A stretch of DNA of 64,000 bases from Moniliella sp. 'wahieum'. Its lineage: Eukaryota. The position numbers and the translations under genes are program-made. How positions within the stretch are numbered: position 1 is the first letter of the stretch; the number at the start of each line of letters is the position of its first letter. Positions 11,887 to 25,190 of the stretch are shown piece after piece. The notes below the pieces were generated by a model. That model was given only the letters and a program-made list of their open reading frames with translations, was not told the DNA's origin and ran no database searches. The stretch lies in assembly GCA_003971905.1 (NCBI GenBank), contig RSEE01000014.1:186001-250000 (forward strand), in the 5' to 3' direction.

Positions 11887-13556
11887 ATGCCCCTCCTCGC
11901 TCTCCGCTCCTTTGCCCGCCCCGCCCTCCGCACCCACCGCCTGCCGCCCTTCCCCGCTGCCCCGCCCCCCACCCGCTTCCTCCACGCGCCCGCCCCGCCC
12001 TCCTCCCACTCCTCGCCCCCCTCCTCCTCCTCCCCCGCCGCTGCCTCTGCCTCTGCCTCTGCCGCCCCCCCCCCCACCAAGCGCCACGACCCCCTCGCTC
12101 CCTCCCCTCGTCGGCCCGCCGAGCTCGACACCCCCGCTTGCAGCCCGCCCTGGCCAAACGGCCTCCCTCCAAGACCGCCGCCCCTGCCAGTGCCGCCCCC
12201 ACCGGCCCAGCGCCCCCTCGCGGGCCCCGGGCCCCCGAAGGAGATGCCGCCTCGGTTTCGGAGCGCACTGCCACTGCTCGCCAGATGTCTCCCCGCTCGG
12301 CTCCCACTACTACTACCCCCACCAGCAACACGGTGGCCCACCAGCCCTTGTCCAGCACCTTGGTCCCGCCCTCCCACCACCGCCACCTTGGCCTTTCCGA
12401 CCCGCACCCCGTTACCTCTCCCTCCTCTCCTCCGACTTTGGCCCCGCCTCCGGCTCCGGCTTCGGGGCCTGCGCACCCGCTCGCCCGGACCTGGTCCGCT
12501 GTACGCGACGGCGCAGCGCACTACTACCACGGTACGAAGGAGATGTACCGGCAAGTACGTCTTTCGGGGCAGCTGATCCGTCGGCAGTGGACGGGGTACG
12601 ACCTGACCCGTCGGGAGCGGGGACAACTGCGTCGTACACGAGGGGACTTGTTACGTCTGATCCCGTTTGTTCCGTTTGTCGTGATCCCGTTTGCGGAACT
12701 ACTGTTGCCCGTGGCGGTCAAGATGTTCCCACGTATGTTGCCTTCGACATTTGAGCCGGCCAACGCGGAGGCCATGCGTGCCGTGCGCACGCTCCAGGCT
12801 CGTGCGCGTGCAGCTCAAACCTTAGCGGATACCTTGGCCCGGCATGCTTTGCCCCCCACCGCAGGTAACAGTGTGGCGCTAAGTGCCTTGGCTGCGCTGC
12901 GCGCTCACCCCGCCACAGTGGATACCAACACGGTCATCAAGGCTGCCCAGGCATTTGATGAAGACCGGGTCTTGGCCTCGCTCCCGCGCGGTGCGTTGGT
13001 CGCTATGGCCCAGTTCCTCTCGCTCGCTTCGCACGGCACGTTCTCCCTCGCTGGCGCGGCTGAGACGGCAGCCCGTCTCGGTCTTAGCTTGGACGGCTAC
13101 CTCCGCTTTGTACTTCGTCGTCGTCTTACCGCCCTTCGACAGGACGATATTCTCCTCCTTTACTCGGCTAAGGAACGCGCCTTGCTCAATGGCGACGAAG
13201 TACGGTACGCTGCACGCGAAAGAGGGATTGACCTTGCTATCCCTCCTTCTGCATCGGCGGCATCTGTATCGGCCGCATCGGCGCCCCTCGCGGCCCAGGA
13301 ACGTGAACAGGTGCTCCGCTCCGCCTTGCACGATTGGGTCCAGTTGCATGTCGAACACCGCATTGCACCTACAATCTTGGTTCTCGCTTCGGCTGTTACC
13401 GCTGCCCAAGGCGGCTTGCCCACCCCCTTGTCCACCCCCTTGTCCTTGACCCAGTCCTTGACCCAGTCCTTGACCCAGGGCGAGGGCAAGACCGAGGGCA
13501 AGACCGAGGGCAAGACCGAGGGGAGGAGGTACATGCGCCACCAACGACGACGATGA
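11887..13556 (+). CDS. LETM1-domain mitochondrial inner-membrane protein (Mdm38/Ylh47-like)
   Basis: Presequence-like MPLLALRSFARPALR, then HYYHGTKEMY..LTRRERGQLRRTRGDLLRLIPFVPFVVIPFAELLLPVAVKMFPRMLPSTFE and LRRRLTALRQDD..AARERGI. The C-terminus consists of 12-bp tandem repeats. Confidence 0.88.
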
Positions 13557-13983
13557 CGACGATGACCACCACCACCACCGCTGCACGCCCCCAGGCTCAC
13601 TTGGTTGGCTACGCGGCGTGCTTGCATACGCTTCTCACCCACACCCCGGGCGGGTTGGACCCCCGTCTGCCCCGCGCCTTTGTGAGTTGTGAGTTGTGAA
13701 GCGGGTGCGGGTCATCGGTCATCAGTCACCTGTAGCGCGTGCAACAAGCTTGTTGTCACAGTCTATTCCCCTCTTTGGGTCTTCTGGCCTGCCCTGTTCC
13801 GTTCCATTCCCCTTCCCCTTCCCATTCCCATTCCCATTCCCATTCCCCTCCTGTTCCCCTGCCTCTGGACGCTTCCTTGACCCAGGCGGACCCTCCTGTG
13901 CCCCAGCTAATCATTTCAGCAATCATCGTTCATCGTTCACCGTCTCCTCCTGCCTGGCCTCTGGAGCCAGTGGCCCGCTTGGC

Positions 13984-14049
13984 TGTGTACTTGTGTGCTT
14001 GTGTGCTTGTGTGCTTGTGTGCTGTGTGCTTGTGTGCTTGTGTGCTTGT
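13984..14049. repeat. Octanucleotide microsatellite (CTTGTGTG)n
   Basis: Directly visible tandem array in intergenic DNA. Confidence 0.9.
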
Positions 14050-14552
14050 CTGTGCGGTGCGTGTGCGCGCAAGGTAACCCGCGTCTCTCTCTTGTCGTGG
14101 CGCTTGCTGTGTGACATGGGACTAGTATTGCATGCCTTGCATTCTGTGCGACAGGCGCTGGGTTGTGGTCAAGGCACCTTCCACGTGCGGAAGGCTGTGC
14201 AGTGATCCGGTCGCAGAAGAAGCGCGAGAATGAAATGGCGAGCGGTTGCATGTTGCACCGACGCAGATGCTTGGACATGGGATGGCCGACAGCGTAGATC
14301 CAGTGGCACACAGGCGCAGTGGCGGGGCCGGCGGTGCGCGCCACGCACAGAGCACAGAGCGCTGAGCTGCGCAACGTCCAACCCAACACACACAACCCAT
14401 GCACGGGGGCATGCATGATGCATGATGCATGATGCTTGTGTTGGGAGGCGCGTGTGGGACGGGACGGGCACTAGCCGGCACTGCCTGCTTGTGTGTTGTG
14501 CGTCGGGGAGCATGCACTCGGCGTGCTTGCTGCTTGCCACCACCCCCACCCC

Positions 14553-16108
14553 ATGTCGCCGCCGCCTGCTCGCCGCGTCTGCCCCCTGCCCACCCGCCCG
14601 CTCGGCACCGCTTCCACCTCCACCTCCACCTCCACCTCTACCTCTGCCGCCCGCGTACCCAGCGCATCCGCCGCCTCCTTCGTCTCCGCCACTTCTTCCC
14701 TCCAGGACGAAGTCAGCGTCCCCGGCGCATTTGCCCACGGCCACGCCGAGCGCCAGGCCGCGCGCCAGACCGACCGCCAGGCCGAACGCGATGCCGATGC
14801 CCATACCGATCCGGACTTGGCGCCCCCGCCACTCAAACGGCGTCGCGGCTTGGCGGGCGCCTTGGTCGACGGCGCTATGACCGCCTCCCTCGTCGCTGGC
14901 GCCGCAGTGTTTGGCGCCTATTCCCTCTGGCAGTCTTGGGGCCGCAAAGCACACGACGATGCGGACGGTACTGATGATGCTACTGGTCACGATCTGCGCG
15001 CCCAGCGACACGATACCTCCTTGGTCCAAGATGCTCAGACGGACTTTTGACCCCAACACCAGGTACGTTCCTTGCTACGTTTCTTTCTCGTCCCACCCCC
15101 CTTTTCCCTTTGGTCTCCCTTGCGCCTGGCCCTTCTCTCGATGGATCGGTTGCTCGGGTGCCTTGATCGTCGGACGCTTGTATGCCTGCCTGCCTGCCTG
15201 CATGCACGAATGCAGGAAGCGATACTAACCCCCCGCCTTTTTCGGCTGATTTTGCTCGACGGGTATGCTCCTGGGTAGACACCGAGCTCAAAGCGTGCCA
15301 CCCCAACTGCCAGCCCGGCTTCCCCGCACCGCGCCACCCACGCCATATACATTTCCAACCGACGTCGCCGCACCCTCATTCCTTCCCAGCGTCGACGCGC
15401 CACGGCCGGTACGGGCGTGCCCTTACGCTCTACCCCGTCCAAGTCTACTATGGTCCCAGGGGGGTTTGGCTCCCAACCTTCCCTGCCCCTGTCGCACTTC
15501 GACCCTTTCCTTCCTTCCCCGTCCGCAGGCGCCGGCGTCGACGCCTCCCCCCGTCCCCGCGAGGGGGAGAAGAAAGCTGCTGCTGCTGGGACCTCAAGCG
15601 TGGCGCATCCGTACCCTCCGCTCCTGTCCGACGGAATGGTGATGCTGATGCTGATGCTGATGCTGATGGCGATGCTGATGGGGATGGGCATGCGCACGGC
15701 CATGATAAGGAGGAGGACGAGGACGACGCGGCCTTTTCTCGTATGCAAGATCGGTTGGCTGCTATGATAGCTGAATGTACCACGGCCTTGTCGGCCGGGC
15801 CGGATACCGAGGCGTTGCATGCCCAAATACAACAAGATGAACTTGAACATGAACATGAACGTGAACGTGAACTCGAGCACCGTTCTGGCCTTGCCCTGTC
15901 GGGATTGGGATTGGGCCAAACCCCTTCGCTTTATGCAAATGCCTCACCGGCCTCGGTAGCTTCCCGCTCGGCTTTTGGATCTGCATCCGCCTCGCGCTCC
16001 GCTTCCCGCACCGCTTCACGCCCTGCCCGCGCTCCGCTTCGCGCATTCCCGTACCTGCTTCCCCCACGTACCGCCCCCCATCTTCTGCCACGTTTGCCTT
16101 TCGTCTAG
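14553..16108 (+). CDS. Hypothetical fungal protein (basic KRRR motif, one hydrophobic segment, short amphipathic helix)
   Basis: PPLKRRRGLAGALVDGAMTASLVAGAAVFGAYSLWQSWGRK and DEDDAAFSRMQDRLAAMIAECTTALSA. GTACGT donor at 15063 and ACTAAC-like branch sites suggest introns. Exon structure uncertain. Confidence 0.55.
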
Positions 16109-17695
16109 CTCCGACAGCTACCGCTATCGCGACCAGCCCCGCCCGCGAGCGCGAGCTGGATGCTTCCCTCGCATACCCCACCCATGGGAATGCTCATGCG
16201 CATGCATATGCGTATGGGAACACACATGGGAACGTACATGCACATGCACATACGTATGGGAACGCACAAACCGATGGCAAACTGACCCCGCGCGCTCGCT
16301 CTCCTGACCCACTACGTCTCTCCCCCTCGGACCGCTCGCCTCGTCGAACCGCACCTGGACCCGGTACTGCTTCCCACACTCAATCGTACACCCACCGTGC
16401 GTCGCCTCGTGCATCACCTTGTGCATCATCACCTCGTGCCTCCCGCCCTTCTTCTTCCCACCTTACTTCCCGCTCAGCTTCTCGCTCCGCCCACGCTCCC
16501 GCCCCTGCCTCCCGCCCGGCTTGGCGCTAACCCCAGCTTCTCTTCTGTTTGGAGCTGGGGAGCGGTGGGACGAGGCGATTGATGGCTTTATCGGCGGCTA
16601 TGCAAGCTTCAAGAGTCAAGCTTCAAGGATCAGGCTTCACACTTCATGTTTGGGTTGGCGCGAACCGCGAACCGTGAATCCTTCCTGCTGGTTGGTTTGG
16701 CAGCGGAACAGGTGGCTCGCTTGCACGGTCCAGGGCATGGTCTTGGGTTGGGCTGGGGTGGATGGGGTTGGGTTGGGTTGGGTTCGGTTCCTATTGCATA
16801 CCCCTTGCTTCACGTTGGACCAGGAATGGGTACTCTGTCGGTACGGTAGGGTATGGTATGGTGTGCGTAGTATAAGATCGTAGTTGTAGCAGATTATAGA
16901 AGCTACCGTGCCGTACCTGAGGCCTGAGTGGATGCGAAAGTGGATGGTGGCCCTGGAGATTGGACAGTAGCAGCATGTATTACGTTGGAGGTTGGACATT
17001 GGAGGTTGGAGGTTGGACATGGAAGCCTACATACAGGTTGATGGGAGGTATGTGTGTACTGAGGACTGAGTACTGAGAGAGGACTGAGGTCACTGATGGG
17101 TACTTAGATGGCGTTCGATTCTGCGTATAGTACGGACGGTAGTGGGTACCAGTGGTCCGCGCAACGTGGACGTTTTGCTTTTGTTATGTTGCGTTGTGTT
17201 GTGTTGTGTAGTTGCGTTGCGAGTTGCGTTGCGAGTTGTGGGGGATTGTGTGGGGTGGGGTTAGGTGGGGTGGGGTTGGGTTGTGCCGCAGCACTTACCC
17301 CGCTCCCGGTTCTCCCTGGCACAGCAGTCGGGCTCAGGCACCACAAAACCCCCTCGAGCCAGCGACAGGGATACGCGCAACTGATGGGCAGACACTGCAG
17401 TAGGACGGCGCTCGGCATATGGCGCTTTAAGTTCGCCTGCGTCGTAGCCTTGCAGAGTTGGCAGGGAGTCGTGTGCGGGAACGGGGGTAACGCCCGTCAT
17501 TCTAAACGGAGCTTAGGGTAGCGTAGGGCCGAGTAGCATGCACCACGTAGCACGTACCACGTTGTAAGTGGCGTAGTAGTAACGAGCAAGGAGCAAGGTG
17601 CCAGGGCAAGGTACCTACCAACAGGTACGTGGCCCGCACCTGTGGCATGCAGTGCTTAGTTCCCACGTACGTTCCCACCTTGCCCTTTGCACACG

Positions 17696-18878
17696 TTACC
17701 ACCCCGCCGCACTGGCCCGAACCCGCTTCCTCTGTCGTTCCATGCAGTTTTCTTCCTGCCCTTGGGCGAGAGCGTGACTTTGACCTTCTTTGTCTTGACC
17801 TTGGGCTTGACCTTGGGCTTGGGATTCCCCTAACCCTTCCACGTGGCCAGGGTACAGCGCGGGGTACGCCGGCCGTTTCAACGAGTCGCGCGCAGGGGTA
17901 GAAGTCAAGGTAGCCACTTGCGACCAAAACGTATTGTACGTCGTCGTATCCCCTAACGCCAACGGCGTTGCCCCACCCGACCCGATCCCTATCCCCATCC
18001 CCATTCCACTCCCGATCCCGATCCCGCTTACGCTTACGTTCCCGTTCCCGCCTCGCGGTCCCGACCACGGCGGCGCAAGTGTACTGCTCCCATGCGGCGA
18101 GCGGCCAGGCGTACACGGCACATGCACTCCACACCGCGATGGCGTACCCAACCCTCGCTCTGCAGGTGGAGAACTCGTCCGCCGGCTCCGCCCTACGCTC
18201 GTCAAAGCTCCGGGACGCACCACATGCTTCGAGAGGTACGGCGTGGACCAGGGGGGTAGGGTCGGGTGCGTGCCGGTGCCGGTGCCTGTACCAGTACCAG
18301 TACCAGTACCATTCTCATTCCCATTGGCAGTGCCCAGTGCTGCACCGGGGGCAGTACGGGGAGCCGAGCCTGCGCTTGGTGCATGCCAAGACCGACTTTG
18401 CTTGTGCGGGCCCAAGATGGTCGTGGAGGTCGTAGAGGCCGTGGGGATGGAAGGGCGGATCCGGGTATGGGAGGCCGCTGTGGTGGGACGGGCAGCAAGT
18501 GCAGGTGGGAAGGTAGGTCGGATCGAGGCATACGGACCAAACACGTCCCCAAGCGGCGCATCGGTGCGTTGTTGCAAGCACAGCGATTCTACCTCGTCGA
18601 CCGTTTGCTGCGCCTGGAGAAGAGGGAAAGAAAGAAAGAAGGGAGGTGGTTCGTTCGTCAGCACACTTGATATATGATGATATCTCGCCAGAAACGACAA
18701 CCAAGCAAGAGCGAATAAAGGGAATGCCTACCCATCCGTTTTGGACCTTGAAGTGGGCATAGCGCAGCCGGCGCGCACATTGCCGCGCCAGGTGTTGGAT
18801 CGCTTCGGGCGGCAGCGGCGGTCGTGGGCGGGAAGAGGTTGTGGCGGTAGTGAACGTAGGAGGGGGGACAGCGGGCAT
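17696..18878 (-). CDS. Whi5/Nrm1-like G1/S transcriptional repressor (GTB motif)
   Basis: LARQCARRLRYAHFKVQNGW | intron 18731-18614 (GTAGGC..CTCCAG) | AQQTVDEVESL reconstitutes the Whi5/Nrm1 motif. C-terminal TYNTFWS. Confidence 0.8.
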
Positions 18879-19254
18879 GGGGGAGGAGGCGGAGGGGGAG
18901 AAGAAAGAGGCGAAAGAGGAGGAGGAGACAGAGGAGACAGAGGAAGAGGAGGAGAAGCGGGCGGATGGGGGGAAGAGGAGAAGAAGACCAAGCCGGCGGC
19001 GCTTATTTATATCCCGGGCGCCGACCCCGCCCGGTGGGTTGGGCTCTCAGTGGCTGTAGTGTAGATCAACGCGGCGCCACGGTGGTCACGTGGCCCGCGT
19101 GCTAGGGTTGGCGGCGCAGTCGATTGCAATGCAATTAATTAATTGGGGCTAAGGAAAAATGGACAAGTGAGAGACTTCAAACAATTCAAACGCAACGCTT
19201 GGTTTGCCTCACCGCCGCCACCATCCCCTCGCCTTTCTGCCTTGGAACCTCCCG

Positions 19255-19554
19255 ATGGACCAGTCCGGCCGGCTCGCCGAGTTTGAGCTGCGCACCGCAC
19301 TCGTCGACCACACCGTCCTGATCCACACCACCGACGGGCGCGCGTTCAAGGGCCGCTTGGTGTGCATCGATGGTGCACGCAACGCCATGTTGCAAAGTGC
19401 CACTGAGATCCGCCCGCCTGCACCCTATGCTACGCGCTACGTCGGACCCGTCATGGTTCCTGGTGCCCATATTGTTCGTGTAGAGGTAAAGCAGGCACAA
19501 CCTACCCCTGCTCGTCCCGCGGCACACGACCGATCATGGGCTTACCTGCCTTGA
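19255..19554 (+). CDS. LSm-domain protein, Mak31/Naa38-like (NatC auxiliary subunit)
   Basis: LVDHTVLIHTTDGRAFKGRLVCIDGARNAMLQSATE..RYVGPVMVPGAHIVRVEV, containing the Sm1 and Sm2 motifs with the VPGxHIV signature. Confidence 0.75.
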   Translation: MDQSGRLAEFELRTALVDHTVLIHTTDGRAFKGRLVCIDGARNAMLQSATEIRPPAPYATRYVGPVMVPGAHIVRVEVKQAQPTPARPAAHDRSWAYLP

Positions 19555-20681
19555 CGGTGTCCGATCAGAGGCCCTGTGCAGGGTCAAGTTTCAAGTCCCT
19601 TGTCATTTTGCCACGTGGCTGATGCACCTGCCACTCGCTGCCCGTGCATGATACCCTCTCTCATGCCGCTTCCTATGCATTTTGGCATCCTTGCTTTGCA
19701 TCGTTGTGCCTCTCCAAGGGTTGGGGTTAGGGGGGGAGAGGGAGGGGGCGAATACAGGTGACCTGGGCGCGGGTTGGAAAACGCATTCGTCCCGTTCGCG
19801 CTTTCCGACTCTTGCTCAGCTCCTCTTTCGACTTGAGAGATTAATTTTCTACAACATTTGCTCATCTTGCTCCCATTTCCATCTCCATCTCCATCTCCAT
19901 CTCCTTCATTTCTTTCATCTCCTTCATCTTCTTCGCCATCTTCTTCATGCACCACGGGAGTACCCCTTCGAGTCCACTTTCTTGTCTTGCTTGGTCTGCT
20001 CGGCCCCTGTGGGTTGGATTTCCGGGTTGCGGCAACTCCATTTCCTCGCCCCGTGGAATTCACATGGTCACATCCTCGTCCCTGCCACTTGCACCACATT
20101 GACCCTCTCGGCATCAAGTTCAGTGCTGTTGTCAATCTGCATGACCTTGCTATCGTCCTTTCCCTTGTCCTTGTCTTTGTCCTTGCTCTCGCGGTGTAAT
20201 TTGGTGTCCACTACCACTGCCAGCGGTGCTGAGACCGGCCCCCTTGGTTCTCACTTTGCAATCGGTCCGACGAGACGATTCCACCTCCTCGCACAGCCTC
20301 CTCTACCATCACATGCCATGCATGTCGCTGTGACGACCTGTTTACCCTGTTGGACATTGGACGTTGAACGTTGAACGTAATGCATCCCTGCTCGAGTCGG
20401 TTGAACGAGGGTAGCCCAGAGGGAAGATGGAGTTGTGAGATCGGGAGGTGTGCGCGCTGCGCGATGAACATTTCCGACAGCACCGCCCGCAACCCTAGCA
20501 TGCGCGCAGGCCGCCGATGACGTTGCGCGTGGGGGCGGGCGGGCGGGGCGGGCACGGCGCCAGTGTCGCGTGCGATAACGCCCCCCGCGCAGGCTGGCCA
20601 CGTTGCCGCTCCGAACGCTGGCGGCGACGCCCACCACCACCACCACCAGCCCCCCACCACCCGCCTCGTCTCTCCGGCACC

Positions 20682-23600
20682 ATGTCGTACGCTGCGGTCG
20701 TCCGTGCGCTGTACGACTACGAAGCCACCGCCGACGACGAGCTCACCGTCGCCGAGGACGAGGGCCTCTACGTCCTCGACAACACCGACCCCGAGTGGTG
20801 GAAGGTCAAGCGCCGCGCCCCCGTCGATCCCACCGGCCATCCCCAGCCCTTCCCGCCCGGCCGCTCCGCCGCCGACGACACTGGACTCGTGCCCGCCACC
20901 TACGTCGAGCCTGCCGAGCCGCTGCGCATCAGCCGCGCCCTGTACGACTACTCGGCCACGGCCGAGGAGGAACTGTCCATGCACGAGGAGGACCCGCTGG
21001 ACGTGTTTGAGTTCGACGGCGAATGGCTCTTGGTCAAGAAGCATGACGACCTCACCGGCCGCATTGGTTTTGTTCCCGCCAACTACGTCGATGACGCTGA
21101 CACCCAGGGCGAGGTAGCTGCCAGCGGCGGCGCCGCTGCCCATATCCAAGCCCAGGCCCATCAACAGTTGCAGGAGCCTGAGCCTGAGCCTGAACCCGAG
21201 CCCGAGCCCGAGCCTGAGTATGAGCCTGAACCTGCCCCTGCCCCGCCGCCTCCGCCGCCTCCGCCCCTGCACCCGTGGGCGTACCTACCCCTCCGCCTCC
21301 GCCTCCTGCGCCGGTGGCGGTGTTGCCTCCGCCCCAGCGTCCAGTTCTTGCGGCCACGCGGTCTACGCCCGCCGTGGGGAGCGAGGAGGACGAGGAGGAC
21401 GAGGATGCCGAGTACGAAAGTGGCCAGATTAGCAAACCGACAGTCCCATCGGGTTTATCGGCTAGCAATGAGGATACGATTAAGATGTGGTCGGTCAATG
21501 TACGTCTTGGAATTTTCTCCCTTGCGCTCAACTCGTGTAACTGACCTGGATTTCCCGTCTCCTATTTCGTCGTTGTTAGATCCTGGACGCCAAGAAGAAG
21601 AAGCGCAAAGGCACGGTTGGTATCGGTAGTGGCTCGGTCTTTTTCTCTTCCGAGTCGGACAAGATCCCTTCGACGACGCTCAAGGTGCTGTCTATTAACG
21701 ACGTCGAGGTGGCCAAGAAGCAAGTCACGTTTGAGCTCGAACCCGGTACGACGGCTGACATGTCATTTGAGGAGGGGGGCATGGAAGTGATTGTTGTTGT
21801 CGCCAACAACAAGGACGATGCCCGGGATATCTCCGTCAAACTTATTTCCAGCCAAACGGCCACTCGGCAAGCTAAACGTGCGGCCTCCCAGGCCATGACC
21901 GCCGCCGCTGCGGCGCAGGAAGAAGCTCCTCCTTCTCTCCCCGTCCGTGGACCCAATATGTCCTCGCCGCCGAACCAGACTGCTGCTGGTTCGGGTCCGC
22001 TGCCCTTGAACCCCGGAGAAGAGCACGGGTTAGCACTCTACGACTTTGAGGCAGCCGGAGACGATGAACTGTCGGTGATTGAAAACGAACCATTGGTCAT
22101 TGTCGAGAAAGAGAACGGCGATTGGTGGAAAGTGCGCAACAAGGATAACGTTGAGGGTGTGGTACCTGCCTCGTACATTGAAGCCACTGCTCCCGCCGCT
22201 GCTCCCCCGCGTGCAGCCAGCGCTCCAGGCGATCCCATGGCCGCATCGCACCTCACCTCACGGCGGATAGCCGAGGAAGAGGCCGAGTTGGCCCAGCAAG
22301 AGAGGGAGCTGGCTGCTCTCGAGGCCCAGGAGGCTGAGCGCACCCGTGCCGCTCGCGCAGCTGAAATCGAGCGGCGCAAAAAGGAAATTGTCGAACGTCG
22401 TCGGCGTGAGGAAGAAGACCTCGATCGTTCTCGGTCTGCTCCGCCCGGTGGCAAGGGCGAACGCCGCGCCCGCTTTGCTGATGACAACAGTGCCAAGGCC
22501 GGTGGGTCGGGCGACAAGCCGCGCAAGCCATCCCGGAACAACACACGCATGTGGCATGACAAGACGGGACAGTTTAACGTCGAGGCTGAGTTCCTTGGTT
22601 TCCACCACGGCAAGATTCGTTTGCACAAGATGAACGGCGTTGTGATTGAAGTGGCGATTGAGAAGATGAGCTTGGCGGATATTATGTTCCTTGAGGACAT
22701 TACCGGTCGCCGTCTCCGGCCTAAGGACGATGATGATATTCCTTTGGCCATGGCGGGTGGGCGGCGCCGGACAACCGTCGAGGAGGACTTGGCTGCCGGG
22801 CGTAAGAGGCGCGAGGTTGAAGAGCGTGGGGATGCAGAGCATGAGCGTCGCCGTATGCTCCGTGAACAGCGCGAGAAGGAGAAGGAGCGCGAACGGGACC
22901 GAAGTGCACGGTCGAGGGCCGACGTGGAACGGGTGGACCGCTTGGAGCGCGAGCTAGCACGCGAAAAGCAGAAGGCTCGTGAGGCGGAGTTGCAGCGCGA
23001 GAAGGAGAAGGAAAAGAGAAGGAGCGTGAACGCAAGGAGCGCAACAAGTCCAAGCGCCCCAACACGGACTGGTTTGAATGGTTCCTTGCCGCTGGCGTGG
23101 ATGTGGACGACTGCACCCGCTATGCCAATGCGTTTGAACGCGACAATATTGACGAGGCGGTTTTGCCTGAACTCGAACCCTCCGTGCTGAGGTCGCTGGG
23201 GTTGCGCGAGGGAGACATCATTCGGGTGCGCAAGTACATCCACACCAAGTACGGCCTACCTGTACCCGGATCCAAGTCGGACGCGGATCAGATCCGCTCC
23301 GATGAGGCTCTGGCGCGCAAGATCCAGGCAGACGAACAAGCGGCGCGGCGCTCAGGCAAGGCGAGCGACGCTCCCGGTCTTTTCTCCGAGGCTGACGGAA
23401 CGCTCAAGAACAACACACGCCGCGGCAGGCCTCAGAACACGCGCAATGCGACACTGGACTCGGTTGATGCTAGCTCCCTCCAGGCCGCGACGGATCTGCT
23501 GCGCAACCCGTCGCCCCCGCCCGCGCGCAAGGCGTCCGCGGCCCGCCAGGCTCGAACGGCTTTGACGATGATGCATGGACGAACCACCCGGCGAGTACCA

Positions 23601-24564
23601 AATCGGCCTCGTCGGCTCCGCCTCCGCTCCCGGGCAACCACCCTAGCCGGGGCGCGACGCCTCAGGTGGTCTCGCCTCCCCCGGCGCCTGCACCTGCTCC
23701 AGCCCCTGCTCCAGCCCCAGCCCCGGCTCCGGCTCCAGCACCGGTTGCGGCCCCGGCGCCTGCACCGCCTGTGGCACCCACACCCCCCCGCGACCCGAAC
23801 CAAGACTTGTTGGATAGGCTGGCAGCTATGAAAACAGCTTCCCCCCCTGCTCCCAGGCCGGGAGCTACCCCGCTGGGCGGAGGAGGAATGTACGGCATGC
23901 CATCGGTTTCCCTCAACCAGGGATGCTCGGGATCCCCACGCCGCAGCCGCGGGGACCGATGGCGCCCGTGCCGCAAAACCAAGGTCTACTCCAACCCCTC
24001 GTTCCGACAAGCGGCACAGGTCAGTTTGTCCCCACTCACACGGGTATGGGGGGTATGGGAATGGCACCCATGCAGACGGGCATGCCTACGGGGATGCCCA
24101 TGGGCGGCATGGGAATGCCGCCCATGCAAACGGGCATGGGAGGCATGGGGATGGGAATGCAACCCATGCAAACGGGTATGATGGGCATGGCTCCCATGCA
24201 GACTGGAATGCCTCCCATGCAAGCGGGCATGGCTCCTATGCAGACCGGCATGGGCATGGGCGGTATGGGCATGAGCATGCAGCCTATGCAAACGGGCATG
24301 CCCGCGACGACGTTTGGGCAGTCAATGATGCCTGCGCAAGCGCAAGCGCCGCAGCCCACCTCGACGTTTGGTATGCTCTCGGCGCAAGCACAGCAGCAGG
24401 AGCGCGAAAAGGACATGTCCCCCGGCAACGTCTTTGCCCAAATGAAGTCGGGTGCGTTTGCTCAAGACTCGGCCGACCCCCAGTCGGCCGACAAGTACGA
24501 TGCTCTCCGCGGCTTTTCCCAAGGCGGCGTCATCTACCCTCAGCAGACGGGATGGTACCAGTAA
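20682..24564 (+). CDS. SLA1: Endocytic adaptor Sla1 (3 SH3, SHD1, SHD2/SAM, PMQTG repeats)
   Basis: Three ALYD(Y/F) SH3 domains; SHD1 TRMWHDKTGQFNVEAEFLGFHHGKIRLHKMNGVVIEV; SHD2 DVDDCTRYANAFERDNIDE..LGLREGDIIRV; C-terminal PMQTG repeats. Intron about 21500-21579. Confidence 0.93.
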
Positions 24565-25030
24565 CCGTGGTACCACCTTCCCCCCCCACTCCACTCCACT
24601 TCACTCCATCCTACTCCACTCCATTCTACTCCACGCACACTCTCTTGTTTCTGCTCCGCCCCACTTTTTCTGTGTGCTGTCCTTCCGGCTCCTTCCCCAA
24701 TCGGACTTGCTGGTGCCGACGCTTCGACGTAGGTCTACCTTGACTGGTCTGCGACCAGGACACTGGATTGGATTTCGTTGCCTTCGTTCCCTGTCTCGGC
24801 TCGGTGGGAGCCCCAACTACCAGTAGCTGGCTAGCAATCCATTTTGTGATGATGCTCTCCCTCTCGAACGTCATGCTCGTAGTTTGAATCGGGTGCCGTC
24901 CTACGTGGAAAGAGGAGTCACACTGGGCACAACGGTCTAGGTGAGATAGGTTGGACATGTAGGATCGTATTGCGTAGGGTAGGATACTTGAGTAGTACTA
25001 TTAGTCCTAGCCCACCAGCCTTGGGTGGGC

Positions 25031-25190
25031 TGTTGACATCCGTCCTAGGACCGCGCGGACCCTGAGTCACGTGAGTCAGCTTTCATTCCTTCCGAGCTCG
25101 CACCAGTCTTCTGGACGAGTCAGTCGCAGAAGCTTCTTAGTCCAATACGACGTTCAGTGCTCACATTCTGTGGTAGTAGCGAGGCCGACA
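25031..25190 (+). repeat. 5' LTR of copia element
   Basis: TGTTGACATC...GAGGCCGACA, matches 29917-30076. Confidence 0.97.

Noticed and set aside
16100..17690. Several 100-150 aa ORFs in the convergent intergenic region
   Set aside because: They arise from short simple repeats (GGTTG, TGGAGGT, GTTGC) and show no coding features.
19069..19100. MCB-like ACGCG/CGCGT sites upstream of the Whi5/Nrm1-like gene
   Set aside because: Biologically plausible, but such 5-mers are expected by chance in DNA this GC-rich.
19584..20374. ORFs between the LSm gene and SLA1
   Set aside because: They are dominated by CCATCT and CTTGTC microsatellites and contain no recognisable domain.
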